Shown: positions 1-10,462, counted from the stretch's first letter. The stretch: 64,000 nt of DNA from Acidimicrobiia bacterium (GCA_036502405.1 DASXYP010000065.1:3687-67686), one strand, 5' to 3'. Notes: generated by a model from the sequence alone, not told the origin. A program made the numbers and translations.

Positions 1-887
1 TCGAGGGCGGCGCCGCTCGCCGAGAGGCCGGCCTCGACGAGGTACCCGCCGAGCGCCCCGATCGAGACCGCGGCCACCCGCGGCAGCACCTCGATCGGAC
101 CGGGATGGGGGACGGACACGTTCGTCGTCGTCCCCCACGAGACCATCGGTGCGTCGTCGCGGGCCCCCGTGCCGAGCACCTCGCACGCCCGGTCGCCGCC
201 GCCCACGACGACCCGAACGTCCGGCGCGAGTCCGAGGTCCTCGGGCCCGTGGATGCGGCTCCGATCGAACGCGGGCGCGACGGTCGCGGCCGGGGTCATG
301 TCCGGCAGCTTCGATGCGATGGTCTCCTCGACCCCCAGCCGCCCGTCGAGGCCGTACAGGCCGGTGCGCGACGCGAGGGTCGCGTCCGTCGTCACGATGC
401 CCGTGAGCCGGGCGATGACGAAGTCGCGGGGCGCGAGGATCCAGCTCGTCGCCGCGAACGCTTCAGGTTCGTGGTCGGTGAACCAGGCGACCTTCGCCGC
501 GCAGCACGCGGCGTTGAGCACCACGCCGGTCCGGGCGCGGAACTCGTCGGGGTCGCCGAAGTGCAGCACGGACGCCGCGGCCCGCTGGTCCGACCACAGG
601 ATGCCCGGTCCGACCGGCTGCATCTCGTCGTCGAAGCCGGCGAAGGTCTCGCGGGCGGCTGAGAACCCGACCAGGTCGATGCCGTCGTACCCGGTGCGCG
701 CGTCGGCGCGCAGCTGCGCGCACGCGTCCACCACCGACAGCCACCAGTCCTCGGGGTCCTGCTCGGCCCAGCCCGGTCGGGGATGGGCGGTCGGGACCTC
801 GGCCCGGGTGATCGCGACCAGATGGTCGTCGTCCCAGAGCGCCGCCTTCGTCGCGCTCGTCCCGAGGTCGAGCGTGAGGACGGTCAC
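1..887 (-). CDS. FGGY-family carbohydrate kinase (xylulokinase-like), 3' end runs off the window
   Basis: Not in the ORF track because it has no stop in the window. Manual translation from GTG 887 gives VTVLTLDLGTSATKAALWD...HPRPGWAEQDPEDWW...GILWSDQRA, the FGGY N-terminal motifs. GTGA overlap with the upstream gene's stop. Confidence 0.9.
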   Translation of the reverse strand, partial: MTVLTLDLGTSATKAALWDDDHLVAITRAEVPTAHPRPGWAEQDPEDWWLSVVDACAQLRADARTGYDGIDLVGFSAARETFAGFDDEMQPVGPGILWSDQRAAASVLHFGDPDEFRARTGVVLNAACCAAKVAWFTDHEPEAFAATSWILAPRDFVIARLTGIVTTDATLASRTGLYGLDGRLGVEETIASKLPDMTPAATVAPAFDRSRIHGPEDLGLAPDVRVVVGGGDRACEVLGTGARDDAPMVSWGTTTNVSVPHPGPIEVLPRVAAVSIGALGGYLVEAGLSASGAAL

Positions 888-1768
888 CTTGCAGCCAGCG
901 TCCGCATCACCTTGGCCATGGCCGAGAAGTCTTCCCGGCCGAATCCGGCGGCGCTCGTCGCCCCGAGGATCTGGCGGACGATCCCGGCGGTGAACAACGG
1001 CACGCCCGCCGCCGCCGCGTAGTCGATCGCGAGGTCGAGGTCCTTCGCCATGAGGTCGGTCATGAACCCGGGTGCCCAGCCGTTGGACGCGGGGCTCTCC
1101 GGGACGACGCCCTCGGCGGGGAGGCGCGTGCGCACCGCGACGCAGTCGCCGGTGGCATGCGTGAGGATCTCGTAGAGCTGGGTGAGCTCGACGCCGGCAT
1201 CCTGTGCCATCACCGTGGCCTCGGACACCGCGAGCATCTGCGCGGCGTAGATGAGGTTGTTGCAGAGCTTCACCACCTGGCCCATGCCGGGCCCGCCGAC
1301 GTGCACGACGAGGCCGGCGAAGGGATCGAGCGCGGGGCGTGCCGCCTCGAGGGTGGATCCTTCGCCGCCAACCATCAGTGTGAGCGCGCCCTTCTGGGCG
1401 CCGACGGTGCCACCCGACAGGGGCGCCTCGAGGTACCCGGCGCCGGTCGCGGTGACCCGTTCGTGCTGCTCGCGCTCGACATCGGGGCTGATGGTGGACG
1501 TGTCGACGACGATCGTGCCGGGGCCGAGCCGCGGGAGCGCGGCGTCGATCACCTCGACGACCTGCGGTGAGCTGGGCAGGCACAGGATCGTCACCTCGCT
1601 CGCCGCGACCACCGCGGCCGGGTCCGCGCCCTCGCGAGCGCCGAACGCGACGGCCGCGTCGATCGGACCGCGGCTGCGCGACGCCACCGTCAGGTCGTGC
1701 CCGGCGTCGACGACGTGGCGGGCCATCGGCAGCCCCATGGCCCCGAGCCCGATGAATCCGACCTGCAT
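884..1768 (-). CDS. NAD(P)-dependent oxidoreductase, 3-hydroxyisobutyrate/2-hydroxy-3-oxopropionate dehydrogenase family
   Basis: MQVGFIGLGAMGLPMA Rossmann motif, EAPLSGG, KLCNN, MAKDL. Confidence 0.92.
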   Translation of the reverse strand: MQVGFIGLGAMGLPMARHVVDAGHDLTVASRSRGPIDAAVAFGAREGADPAAVVAASEVTILCLPSSPQVVEVIDAALPRLGPGTIVVDTSTISPDVEREQHERVTATGAGYLEAPLSGGTVGAQKGALTLMVGGEGSTLEAARPALDPFAGLVVHVGGPGMGQVVKLCNNLIYAAQMLAVSEATVMAQDAGVELTQLYEILTHATGDCVAVRTRLPAEGVVPESPASNGWAPGFMTDLMAKDLDLAIDYAAAAGVPLFTAGIVRQILGATSAAGFGREDFSAMAKVMRTLAAR

Positions 1769-1815
1769 CCGCGCCCCCCGGGCCGGGCCGCACCCCGAGC
1801 GCGCGACCACTGATC

Positions 1816-1844
1816 TTGACGCTACCAGTGGCCCTCCGTACGGT
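1816..1844 (+). promoter_or_regulatory. Housekeeping-sigma promoter, probably giving a leaderless transcript
   Basis: TTGACG (1816-1821), 17 nt spacer, TACGGT (1839-1844), then 7 nt to GTG 1852. Confidence 0.7.
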
Positions 1845-1851
1845 GACGCTC

Positions 1852-2550
1852 GTGTCAGGTTCGGAGCTCCTCTTCGTGTCGCAGGTCGCGCCGTATGCCG
1901 ACGGTCCTGCGGGCGTGCACGGGGTGCTCGACCAGGCCGCGGTCGGTGTCGCGCAGGTCGCCGGGATGCACGGCCTCCGGAGCCGCCGAGTCGACGACGT
2001 GCGCGACCTCTCCGTCGAGGACCTCGCCGCAGCCCGGGCGCTCGCGCTCTTCACCATCGGCGAGACGCCCTGGAGCGAGGCGCAGCGCACGACCATCCTC
2101 GATCGGTGGCGCGGCGGAGCGCTGGCCATCCTCGCCATCCACTCCGCGACCGACTCCTGCTACGGCTGGAAAGAGTACGGGCGGGTCGTGGGCGCCCGGT
2201 TCGACGGTCACCCGTGGACCGAGACCGTGAGCCTGGACGTGGTGGACCCGAATCACCCGGCGACCGCGCACCTCGGTGGTACCTGGACCTGGCGTGACGA
2301 GGTGTACCAGTTCCGGGACCTGCGTCCGGACGCGCGGGTGCTCCTCCGGGTCCCGCCGGAGCAGCTCGACCTCGATGCCCCCGGGGCCGGCCGGCCCGAG
2401 TTCGGGTTCCCCCTGGCCTGGTGCTTCGACGAGGAGCAGGGACGCACGTTCTCCACCAGCCTCGGGCACTTCCCCGGCGGGTGGGAGACGCCGGCGTTCC
2501 TCCGACACCTGTCCGGCGGCCTCGGGTGGGCGCTCGATGCCGGCCGCTGA
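1852..2550 (+). CDS. ThuA domain-containing protein
   Basis: AIHSATD, GARFDGHP, DEVYQF, PLAWC, GRTFSTSLGH ThuA-like motifs; start chosen from promoter spacing. Confidence 0.85.
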   Translation: MSGSELLFVSQVAPYADGPAGVHGVLDQAAVGVAQVAGMHGLRSRRVDDVRDLSVEDLAAARALALFTIGETPWSEAQRTTILDRWRGGALAILAIHSATDSCYGWKEYGRVVGARFDGHPWTETVSLDVVDPNHPATAHLGGTWTWRDEVYQFRDLRPDARVLLRVPPEQLDLDAPGAGRPEFGFPLAWCFDEEQGRTFSTSLGHFPGGWETPAFLRHLSGGLGWALDAGR

Positions 2551-3598
2551 CGCACCGCCCGCCCGGCGGCGACGGCGGAACCTGTCCCCGTGGGCGCAGT
2601 GGCAGCTCCAGCTCGCCGCGGTGGAGCGGACCGACCCCGTCCCCGGGTCGGCGGCCGAGCTGGACGCGTGGCGCGACCGGGTCCGGGCCCGGCTCCACGA
2701 GCTGCTCGGCCCGACGCCGGCCGCGGTGCCGCTCGACGTCGACGTGCTCGGATCCGAGGACTGCGGGCCGTACCGACGCGACCGGATCGTCTTCGACGTC
2801 GAGGAGACGATGAGCGTTCCCGCCTACCTCCTCGTGCCGCACGACCGCGACGCACCCGGCGCGGCCGTGCTCGCGATCCACGGTCACGGTCCGGGCAAGG
2901 ACGAGGTGTGCGGCGTCGAGACCGCCGAGGTGCGAGAGGCGTTCGCCGAGCACCGCGGCGACTACGCGCACGTGCTCGCCGAGCGCGGGTACGTCGTGTT
3001 CGCCCCCGACCTGCGCTGCTTCGGTGAGCGCGCGGACTGGCAGCCCGAGGACAAGTACCACTGCGACGTCAACCTCGTGCACGCGGTGATGGCGGGTCGC
3101 AGCCCGCTCGGCCAGAACGTCTGGGACATGCAGCGGGCGCTGGACGTGCTCGGGCAGCACCCGCTCGTCGACGCGTCGCGCGTCGGCGCGGTCGGGTTCT
3201 CCTACGGCGCGACGATGACGCTGTTCCTGGCCGCGGTCGACGACCGGGTCCGGGCCGCGGTGGTGAGCGGCTACCTGTCGTCGTGGAAGGCCGCGCACCG
3301 CATGCCCTGGAACATGTGCGGGTCGCAGGTGATGCCCGGCATGCTGGGCTCGCTCGAGCACGTCGACGTCGCCGCGCTGGTCGCGCCACGCGCGCTCCTG
3401 GTCGAGACCGGCAGTGAGGACCCCCTGTTCCCCGAAGCGGTGGCCCGCGAGACCGTGGCCCAGCTCCGTGGCGTCTACGACCATCTGGGTGCGCCGACGG
3501 ATGCCGTCGTCCACGACGTGTTCGCCGGCGAGCACCGCTGGCACGGCGAGCAGGTCGGCGCCTTCCTCGACCAGTGGCTGGAGCACACCCCGTCATGA
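2537..3598 (+). CDS. Alpha/beta hydrolase (dienelactone hydrolase/acetyl esterase-like)
   Basis: IHGHG, PDLRCFGER, nucleophile elbow GFSYGA, GSEDPLF, GEH. Confidence 0.85.
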   Translation: MPAADAPPARRRRRNLSPWAQWQLQLAAVERTDPVPGSAAELDAWRDRVRARLHELLGPTPAAVPLDVDVLGSEDCGPYRRDRIVFDVEETMSVPAYLLVPHDRDAPGAAVLAIHGHGPGKDEVCGVETAEVREAFAEHRGDYAHVLAERGYVVFAPDLRCFGERADWQPEDKYHCDVNLVHAVMAGRSPLGQNVWDMQRALDVLGQHPLVDASRVGAVGFSYGATMTLFLAAVDDRVRAAVVSGYLSSWKAAHRMPWNMCGSQVMPGMLGSLEHVDVAALVAPRALLVETGSEDPLFPEAVARETVAQLRGVYDHLGAPTDAVVHDVFAGEHRWHGEQVGAFLDQWLEHTPS

Positions 3599-4056
3599 GC
3601 TTCGACGCGCGACTCACCGAGCTCGGCATCTCGTTGCCCGGGCCCTATCCACCCCACGACCCGCTCGACGCGGTCGTGATCCACGGTGGCGTCGCCCGGA
3701 CGTCCGGACAGCTGCCTCGCGACGAGGCCGGCAACCTCGTGCACCCGGGCCGGCTCGGTGCCGACCTGACGGTCGAGCAGGGGACGGAGGCGGCGCGCTG
3801 GTGCGCGCTCAACGCGCTGTCGGTCCTGCGGGCCGAGCTGGGCAGCCTGGACCGGATCGAGCGCGTCCTGACCGTCCTGGGGTTCGTCGCGTGCACACCG
3901 GACTTCCTGGCCCAGCCGGCAGTGGTCGACGGTGCGAGCCGACTGCTCGCCGAGGTGTTCGGCGGCGCCGGTCGTCATTCCCGTTCGGCCATCGGTGTCG
4001 CCGCGCTGCCCCGCGGTGGTGCGGTCGAGATCGAGGTCGCCGTCGCCCTCGGGTGA
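3595..4056 (+). CDS. RidA/YjgF family protein
   Basis: SGQLP, GRHSRSAIGVAALPRGGAVEIE; ATGA coupling. Confidence 0.9.
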   Translation: MSFDARLTELGISLPGPYPPHDPLDAVVIHGGVARTSGQLPRDEAGNLVHPGRLGADLTVEQGTEAARWCALNALSVLRAELGSLDRIERVLTVLGFVACTPDFLAQPAVVDGASRLLAEVFGGAGRHSRSAIGVAALPRGGAVEIEVAVALG

Positions 4057-4083
4057 CGGGACCACCTACACGAGAGGAGCACC

Positions 4084-5454
4084 ATGGCACCGCGCATCGT
4101 GATCATCGGAGGCGGCAGCTATCAGTGGGTGCCGAAGCTGCTCATCGACGTGGCGAACACGCCGTCGCTCCACGACGCCGAGATCGTGCTCGAGGACGTC
4201 AACCCCGACCCGCTCCCGCTGATGAGCCAGTGGGTCGAGCGGATCGCGACCCTGCGCGACATCGGGCTCTCGGTGACGAGCACGACCGATCAGCGTCGGG
4301 CACTCGAAGGCGCGGACTTCGTCGTCGTCTCGATCTCGACCGGCGGGTTCACGAGCATGCGCCGGGACCTCGAGATCCCGGACCGCTACGGGATCCGTCA
4401 GAGCGTCGGCGACTCCGTCGGCCCGGGTGGGATCAACCGGGCGTTGCGCAACATCCCTGTCCTCGTCGGCATCGCCCGCGACATGCAGGAGATCTGCCCG
4501 GACGCGTGGCTCCTGAACCTGACCAACCCGATGACCGCGCTGTGCCGGGCGATCACCCGTGAGACGCCGGTCAAGACGATCGGCCTGTGCCACGAGCTCA
4601 CCATGACCCGCTTCACGCTCTCGCTGCTCCTCGACGCGGACTTCCGGTCGCTCGACCTCGAGATCACGGGCGTGAACCACCTCCCGGTCATCACCACGTT
4701 CGACATCGACGGTGCCGACGGGTTCGACGCGCTGCGCGACCTGGTCGCCGACTCGAGCCGCCACGGTGAGACCCTCGCGTTCGACCTCCCCGACGACTTC
4801 GGCACCCCGACCGGGCCCGGCGGTCAGTGGACCAGGGGCGACCTCGTGCGCAAGAACCAGCTGAAGCTCGAGCTGTTCCGGCGCTTCGGCGTCCTCCCCG
4901 CGGCGGGCGACCGCCACCTCGCCGAGTTCTTCCCCGGCTTCCTCACCGAGCAGTCGGGCTGGGGCGAGCGGTGGGGCGTCAACATCACCACGATCGAGGA
5001 CCGAGAGAAGAGCCAGGTGGGCCACGTCGCGGACCTCGAGGCGCTCATCGCAGCACCCGAGATCCCGGCGATGCCGTCAGGCGAGCTCGTCGCACCGCTG
5101 ATCGACTCGATGCTGCGCGACCAGCCTCGCGACTTCCCGCTCAACATCCCGAACACCGGTCAGTGCCCGGACCTCCCGATGGACGTCGTCGTCGAGAGCG
5201 TGTGCACCGCGGACGGCTCCGGCGTGCGGGGGCGGGACCGGGCCGAGGCGCCGCCCGCGCTGGCCGAGCAGCTGCGCCGCGTGTCGGCGTCGCAGGAGCT
5301 CACCGTCGAAGCCGCGCTCACCGGGGACCGCGAGCGCGTGTTCGAGGCGATGTTGGCCGACCCGTTGACCTCCCGCCTCGACTGGGACCAGCTGCAGGCG
5401 ATGACCGACGAGCTCCTTGAAGCGACGTCGGCCTGGTTGCCCCAGTTCGCGTGA
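4084..5454 (+). CDS. Glycoside hydrolase family 4 (NAD+/Mn2+-dependent alpha-glucosidase/galactosidase)
   Basis: IIGGGS, GDSVGPGG, LTNPM, GLCHE, GVNH, GDRHLAEF; GAGGAG RBS. Confidence 0.92.
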   Translation: MAPRIVIIGGGSYQWVPKLLIDVANTPSLHDAEIVLEDVNPDPLPLMSQWVERIATLRDIGLSVTSTTDQRRALEGADFVVVSISTGGFTSMRRDLEIPDRYGIRQSVGDSVGPGGINRALRNIPVLVGIARDMQEICPDAWLLNLTNPMTALCRAITRETPVKTIGLCHELTMTRFTLSLLLDADFRSLDLEITGVNHLPVITTFDIDGADGFDALRDLVADSSRHGETLAFDLPDDFGTPTGPGGQWTRGDLVRKNQLKLELFRRFGVLPAAGDRHLAEFFPGFLTEQSGWGERWGVNITTIEDREKSQVGHVADLEALIAAPEIPAMPSGELVAPLIDSMLRDQPRDFPLNIPNTGQCPDLPMDVVVESVCTADGSGVRGRDRAEAPPALAEQLRRVSASQELTVEAALTGDRERVFEAMLADPLTSRLDWDQLQAMTDELLEATSAWLPQFA

Positions 5455-6215
5455 ACGCTGCGCCCGCGTGCACGATCGTCGTCGAGGCGGGCATCGGTGC
5501 CCTCGCGCGTGATGCCGCGACGCGGGCCGCGGACGCGATCACCGCGAGCATCGACGCCCGCGGCGCGGCGAACGTCATGCTCGCGACGGGGACATCGCAG
5601 CTGGCCTTCCTCGACGAGCTCGCGCAACGGCCGGGCATCGCGTGGGACCGGGTCACCGGCTTCCACATGGACGAGTACGTGGGGATCGCCGACGACCATC
5701 CGGCGGGCTTCGCCCTCTACATGCGCGAGCGCGTCGTCGCTCGTGTCCACCCCGGGACGTTCCACTACCTCGACGGATCGGCTGCCGACCCGGAGGCCGA
5801 GTGCCGTCGGTACGCCCTGCTCCTGGCCGAGCACCCGCTCGACCTCTGCTGCCTCGGGATCGGTGAGAACGGCCACCTGGCCTTCAACGACCCGCCCGTC
5901 GCCGACTTCGCCGACCCGCGCGACGTGAAGGTCGTGACGCTCGACGACGCCTGCAAGCGCCAGCAGGTGGGGGAGGGCCACTTCGCGTCGGTCGCCGCCG
6001 TGCCGCCGCAGGCGATGACGGTCACGATCCCCGCGCTGCTGCGCGCGCAGGTGGTCCTCGCGATCGTGCCGGAGCCCCGCAAGGCGCCGGCCGTGCGGGA
6101 CGCGCTCGAAGGCCCGGTGGCGACGAGCTGCCCGGCGTCGATCCTCCAGCAGACCGCGCACGCCGTCGTGTACCTCGACCGCGACTCCGCTGCGCTCCTC
6201 ACCGCCCGGTCATGA
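5451..6215 (+). CDS. Glucosamine-6-phosphate deaminase-like protein (NagB family)
   Basis: LATGTSQ, FHMDEY, LGIGENGHLAFNDP, CPASILQ. Confidence 0.88.
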   Translation: MNAAPACTIVVEAGIGALARDAATRAADAITASIDARGAANVMLATGTSQLAFLDELAQRPGIAWDRVTGFHMDEYVGIADDHPAGFALYMRERVVARVHPGTFHYLDGSAADPEAECRRYALLLAEHPLDLCCLGIGENGHLAFNDPPVADFADPRDVKVVTLDDACKRQQVGEGHFASVAAVPPQAMTVTIPALLRAQVVLAIVPEPRKAPAVRDALEGPVATSCPASILQQTAHAVVYLDRDSAALLTARS

Positions 6216-6898
6216 GCTCCCGGCGCGACCGCGCCCGAGACAACAACCCCGATCTGACCGTCCTCGGGTTCCCCGGGCCGGCCGAGCTGCGGCGCCGGCT
6301 CCCGCGCCTGATCCTCGGGATCATCCCGCTCGGTGTCGGGATCGGGATGATGGTCGAGGCGCGGCTCGGCGTGAGCCCGTACGACGTGCTGCACCAGGGC
6401 ATCGCGGACCACACCGGCCTGAGCTTCGGCACCGTCGTGATCCTGCTCGGCCTGCTCGTGCTGCTCCTGTGGATCCCGCTCGGGCAGCGGTTCGGCATCG
6501 GCACCGTGATCAACACGCTGACGGTGGGGCTCATCGTCGACGCGTTCCTCGACTGGTCGCCCGATCCCGGATCGCTCGCGCTGCGCTGGGTGTACCTGCT
6601 GGTCGGGATCCTGATCATCGCCTTCGGCGTCGGGCTGTACATCGGCGCCGGGCTGGGGCCGGGTCCGCGCGACGGGCTGATGACCGGCATCGCCGCCAAG
6701 GGCTACCCGCTCTGGCTGGTGCGCACCGGCCTGGAGCTCACCGCGCTCCTGGCGGGCTGGCTGCTCGGCGGCGACGTCGGCATCGGGACCCTGCTGTTCG
6801 CGTTCGGCATCGGCCCGCTCGGCCACTTCTTCCTGCTCCGCCTGCACCTCGGCGTGGGCGGCGGCGACCCCGACCCCACCGCGACCATCGGCGAGTGA
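6212..6898 (+). CDS. YczE/YyaS/YitT family membrane protein
   Basis: LGVSPYDVLHQG, GLGPGPRDGLM, GGDVGIGT; hydrophobic. Confidence 0.88.
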   Translation: MSSRRDRARDNNPDLTVLGFPGPAELRRRLPRLILGIIPLGVGIGMMVEARLGVSPYDVLHQGIADHTGLSFGTVVILLGLLVLLLWIPLGQRFGIGTVINTLTVGLIVDAFLDWSPDPGSLALRWVYLLVGILIIAFGVGLYIGAGLGPGPRDGLMTGIAAKGYPLWLVRTGLELTALLAGWLLGGDVGIGTLLFAFGIGPLGHFFLLRLHLGVGGGDPDPTATIGE

Positions 6899-7012
6899 CC
6901 CCTTCAGGCCCAGCCGGGGAACCCCGGCCCCTCTCGGCACGCTGAACCGCCCCTGGAGCGGTCGAACGGGCCGAGAACGGGAGCGATGCGCGCGCGTCGC
7001 CGTCGGGAGGGG

Positions 7013-10000
7013 TCAGCCGGGGGTGCCGGCCATGAGCGCGAAGGCGGTCTCCCAGCCGATCGAGCGCTGCTCGTCGACGGGGGCCTCGCGGTCGAGCGCG
7101 GCGCGGGCGAGCCGCACCACGAACTGGTCGAGCACGGAGGTGGTCGCGCCGACGATCGCGGCCGCGCGGTCGAGCGCCGCGGTCGCCCCGGACACGTCGG
7201 CGGTCCGGTGGAGGGCGAAGCCGCGGGCGAGCTCGAGCCGGTAGCGGTCGACGAAGGTCACGACGAGCTCGTCGGCCTCCGCACACACCGACAACGCGTG
7301 TTCGGCCCGGCCACCCGCGACGAGCGCGGCGGCGAGCGCGACGTCCGCGGCCGCGATCGGGCCCCGGTTGCTGGCGTTCTCGCGCGTCTTCGTCAGCGTC
7401 GCGATCGAGCGGTCGACGTCTCCACGCTGGAGCTGGGCGAGCCCCCAGAGCGTTTGCTGCTCGTTCGACATCATCCGCTCGCCGGTCTCGTCCGCGACCT
7501 CGATCATCTCGGCCGCGAGCTCGTAGCCGTCGGCGTCGCCGTTCTGGATCGCCAATGAGACTCCGAGAAGATCGGGCATCTGCGCCATCGCGTGGTCGGG
7601 GACGTGCTCGGCGACGTCGCGCGCCGCGTCGACCATGGCGCGCGCTTCGGTCGCCCGAAGCAGCGAGTTGAGCGCGAGGGACGCGGGTGCCATGGACTGC
7701 AGCTCACCCCACGGATCGGCGAGGGTCTGGAACACGACGCGCGCGTCCGTCGCGTACGTGAGAGCGTCGTCGGGGTGGCCCCGCCAGATCGCGACGTTGG
7801 CGAGCAGGACGCGCATGATCGCCGCGGCCCACCGGTTGCCGAGCTCGGTCGCCTCCTGCAGGATCCGTTCGGCGAGCCGGGCGGCCTCGTCGAGCCGGCC
7901 CTGGGTGAACTGGACCCACGCGAGCAGGCCGAGCGCCCAGCTCAGCCCGCCCCAGTCGCCGAGCTCCCCGAACGCCGTGGCCGACGCGTCGAGCCGCTGC
8001 TCGGCCTCCTCCGATCGGCCCCGCTCGAACGAGATCCAGGCCAGGTTCTGCAGGGCCCAGGCCTCCCCGCGGCGGTGACCGATCGACCGGAACAGCTCGA
8101 GCGCCTCGCCGATGAAGCGGGAAGCCTCGTCGGGGTGACCCATGAAGAGGCCGGTCAGCCCGCGGAACCGGAGCGCGTCCCCGAGGCCGCGCGGGTCGTC
8201 CAGCTCGCGCCAGCGGGAGACCGCGTCGTCGAGCGTCCGCGCCGACCCGGCGAGGTCCCCCTCCTTGTACTGCACGTCGCCGAGCACCGTCTGGGCCGCT
8301 GCGAGGGAACCGCGGTCCCCGAGGCTCTCGGCCGTGGCCAGGACGCTGGTGAGGTCGTGCCGTGCTCCCGCGCAGTCGCGAAGCTCCGCGCGTGCCCGTG
8401 CCCGCGCGAGGCGCAGCGTCATCGTCCCCTCCTCGTCGTCCCGGTCGAGGAGCGGGATCGCGTGGCTGAGGTACTTCTCGGCGGTCGTCCAGTCGTCGTG
8501 GCGTTCGGCCTGGTCGGCGGCGCGCCGGAGGAATCGGATCCCCGCCGGGATCATCCCGCTCGGCAGGCCGTCGATCGGGCCCAGCTCCGTCATCAGGGAC
8601 GCGGCCAGGTTGAAGTGGTAGCCGAGGCGGTCGAGGACCTCGTCGATGCGGTCGTTGGCCTCGGCCTCCTCGGCGATGAGCTTGGCCAACGTGCCGTGCC
8701 GGCGCGCCCGCTCGGCCTTCGTCAGGGTGCCGTAGGCGACGTCCCGGGTCAGCTCGTTGCGGAAGCGGAACTCGTCGTCGTCCAGCTCGAGCAGGTCCTT
8801 CGCGGCGAGCCGCTCCAGCGGGGGTTCGGCGTCGTTCCCCCGACCGGACGCGAGGGCGCGCACGAGGTCGAGCGGCCCGGTGTTGCCGATCACGGCTGCG
8901 TCCTCGAGCGTCACGCGGTCGAGGGGCTCGAGGTGGTCCAGCCGGGCGGCGAGGAGGCCGTGGAGCGTCGCGGGCAGCTCGCGGGCGCCGTCGGTTGCCG
9001 GCGTCTCGCCGAGCATCGCGACGAGCTCTTCGATGAAGAACGGGTTGCCGCCGCTGCGGTCCCGGAGCACCGAGATCAGCTCGTCGTCCGCCGCCGGGAG
9101 AAGGGTGCGGAGGAGCACGGCGGTGTCGTCGCCGGCGAGCGGGTCCAGGTTGACGTGGACCGTGTTGTGCCGACCCGCGGGCGGCGACCAGTGGTCGGTG
9201 AGCTCCGGGCGCGTCGTGCCGACGAGCATCACCGGCTGCGAGGAGAGGCGGGTGAGGAGCCGGGGGAGGAACTCGAGCACGACCTCGTCGCCCCAGTGCA
9301 GGTCCGAGAGGACCAGGATGAGCGGACGCTCCGTTGCGAGCCCGGCGAAGAACGCGAGCGCGGCCCTTAGCCCTTCCTCCCGCGCCCGACCGGGATCGAC
9401 GTCCTCCCCGGGGCCGCCCTCGCGCATGAGGTAGAGGAGACCCTCGGTGATGCGACCGACCTCGGGATCGTCGTCCTCGAGGCCGAGCGCGGCGCGCACG
9501 GCACTGCGGGTGCACGTCGGCACCTTCGCCCCGGGCTCGGTCAGGTCCACCTCGCAGGCCTCGGCCACCATCGTCGCGATCGGCCACCAGACGTTGGTCT
9601 CGCCGTACGGGATGCACTGGCCGTTCAGCACGCGGGCGCCGTGCTCGCACTCCGCGATCTGGCCGAGCTCGCTCGCGAGCCGGCTCTTGCCGACGCCCGC
9701 CTCGCCGGTGACGAGCACCAGATGCGCACGCTTGCGGGCCGTCGTGGTCGCCAGCGCGGCCCGCAGCACCGCGAGCTCCGTCTCACGGCCGATGAGCGGT
9801 GTCTCCGCCCGGCGGTGCCGGTGGCCCGGGGGCGCGACGGCGACGAGTGCACGCCACGCCCCGACCGGCTCCTCGCGGCCCTTGACCGCGATCGGGCCGA
9901 GCGGCTCGTAGCGCACCCCTCGCTGTCCCGCCGCGTGCGTGCTGTCGCCCACGACGACCTGGTCGGGGCCGGCGATCTGCTGCAGGCGGCTGGCGGTGTT

Positions 10001-10462
10001 CACGACGTCGCCCATGGCCGTGTAGTCGCCGCCGGCGCGGAGCGCACCGACGAGGACCTCGCCGGTGTTCACCCCGATCCGGAGGTGGACGTCCATCCCG
10101 ATCTCCTCGCGCATCTCCGCGATGCGCTCCTGCATGCGCAGTGCGGCGCGCACCGCGCGCTCGGCGTCGTCTTCGTGCGCGACCGGGGCACCGAAGAGCG
10201 CGACCAGCGCGTCGCCGATGACTTTGTCGACCTGGCCACCGAACGTCGTGACCTCCGTCGCGAGCCGAGCGAAGCAGCGGTCGACGAGATTCTTGATGTG
10301 CTCCGGGTCGGCCGTCTCCGAGAGCGAGGTGAAGCCGACGAGGTCGGCGAAGAGGACCGTCGCGACCCGGCGCTCGTCGGGGCGGGCCACGAGGCTGTGA
10401 CCGCACGTCGGGCAGAAGCGCGCGTCGGCTGGTGCTGCACTTCCGCATGACGGGCAGGTCAT
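7013..10462 (-). CDS. Class III adenylate/guanylate cyclase with double zinc ribbon, AAA ATPase (STAND) and TPR repeats
   Basis: MTCPSCG..RFCPTCG, LFADLVGFT, DKVIGDA, GDVVNTASRLQ, GEAGVGKS, SGGNPFFIEEL, C-terminal TPR-like helices; TACCAT-6 nt-ATG start. Confidence 0.93.
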   Translation of the reverse strand: MTCPSCGSAAPADARFCPTCGHSLVARPDERRVATVLFADLVGFTSLSETADPEHIKNLVDRCFARLATEVTTFGGQVDKVIGDALVALFGAPVAHEDDAERAVRAALRMQERIAEMREEIGMDVHLRIGVNTGEVLVGALRAGGDYTAMGDVVNTASRLQQIAGPDQVVVGDSTHAAGQRGVRYEPLGPIAVKGREEPVGAWRALVAVAPPGHRHRRAETPLIGRETELAVLRAALATTTARKRAHLVLVTGEAGVGKSRLASELGQIAECEHGARVLNGQCIPYGETNVWWPIATMVAEACEVDLTEPGAKVPTCTRSAVRAALGLEDDDPEVGRITEGLLYLMREGGPGEDVDPGRAREEGLRAALAFFAGLATERPLILVLSDLHWGDEVVLEFLPRLLTRLSSQPVMLVGTTRPELTDHWSPPAGRHNTVHVNLDPLAGDDTAVLLRTLLPAADDELISVLRDRSGGNPFFIEELVAMLGETPATDGARELPATLHGLLAARLDHLEPLDRVTLEDAAVIGNTGPLDLVRALASGRGNDAEPPLERLAAKDLLELDDDEFRFRNELTRDVAYGTLTKAERARRHGTLAKLIAEEAEANDRIDEVLDRLGYHFNLAASLMTELGPIDGLPSGMIPAGIRFLRRAADQAERHDDWTTAEKYLSHAIPLLDRDDEEGTMTLRLARARARAELRDCAGARHDLTSVLATAESLGDRGSLAAAQTVLGDVQYKEGDLAGSARTLDDAVSRWRELDDPRGLGDALRFRGLTGLFMGHPDEASRFIGEALELFRSIGHRRGEAWALQNLAWISFERGRSEEAEQRLDASATAFGELGDWGGLSWALGLLAWVQFTQGRLDEAARLAERILQEATELGNRWAAAIMRVLLANVAIWRGHPDDALTYATDARVVFQTLADPWGELQSMAPASLALNSLLRATEARAMVDAARDVAEHVPDHAMAQMPDLLGVSLAIQNGDADGYELAAEMIEVADETGERMMSNEQQTLWGLAQLQRGDVDRSIATLTKTRENASNRGPIAAADVALAAALVAGGRAEHALSVCAEADELVVTFVDRYRLELARGFALHRTADVSGATAALDRAAAIVGATTSVLDQFVVRLARAALDREAPVDEQRSIGWETAFALMAGTPG

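Noticed and set aside
7013-10462. STAND cyclase as an antiphage NLR-like system
   Set aside because: The architecture is common in Actinobacteria and there are no defence genes nearby
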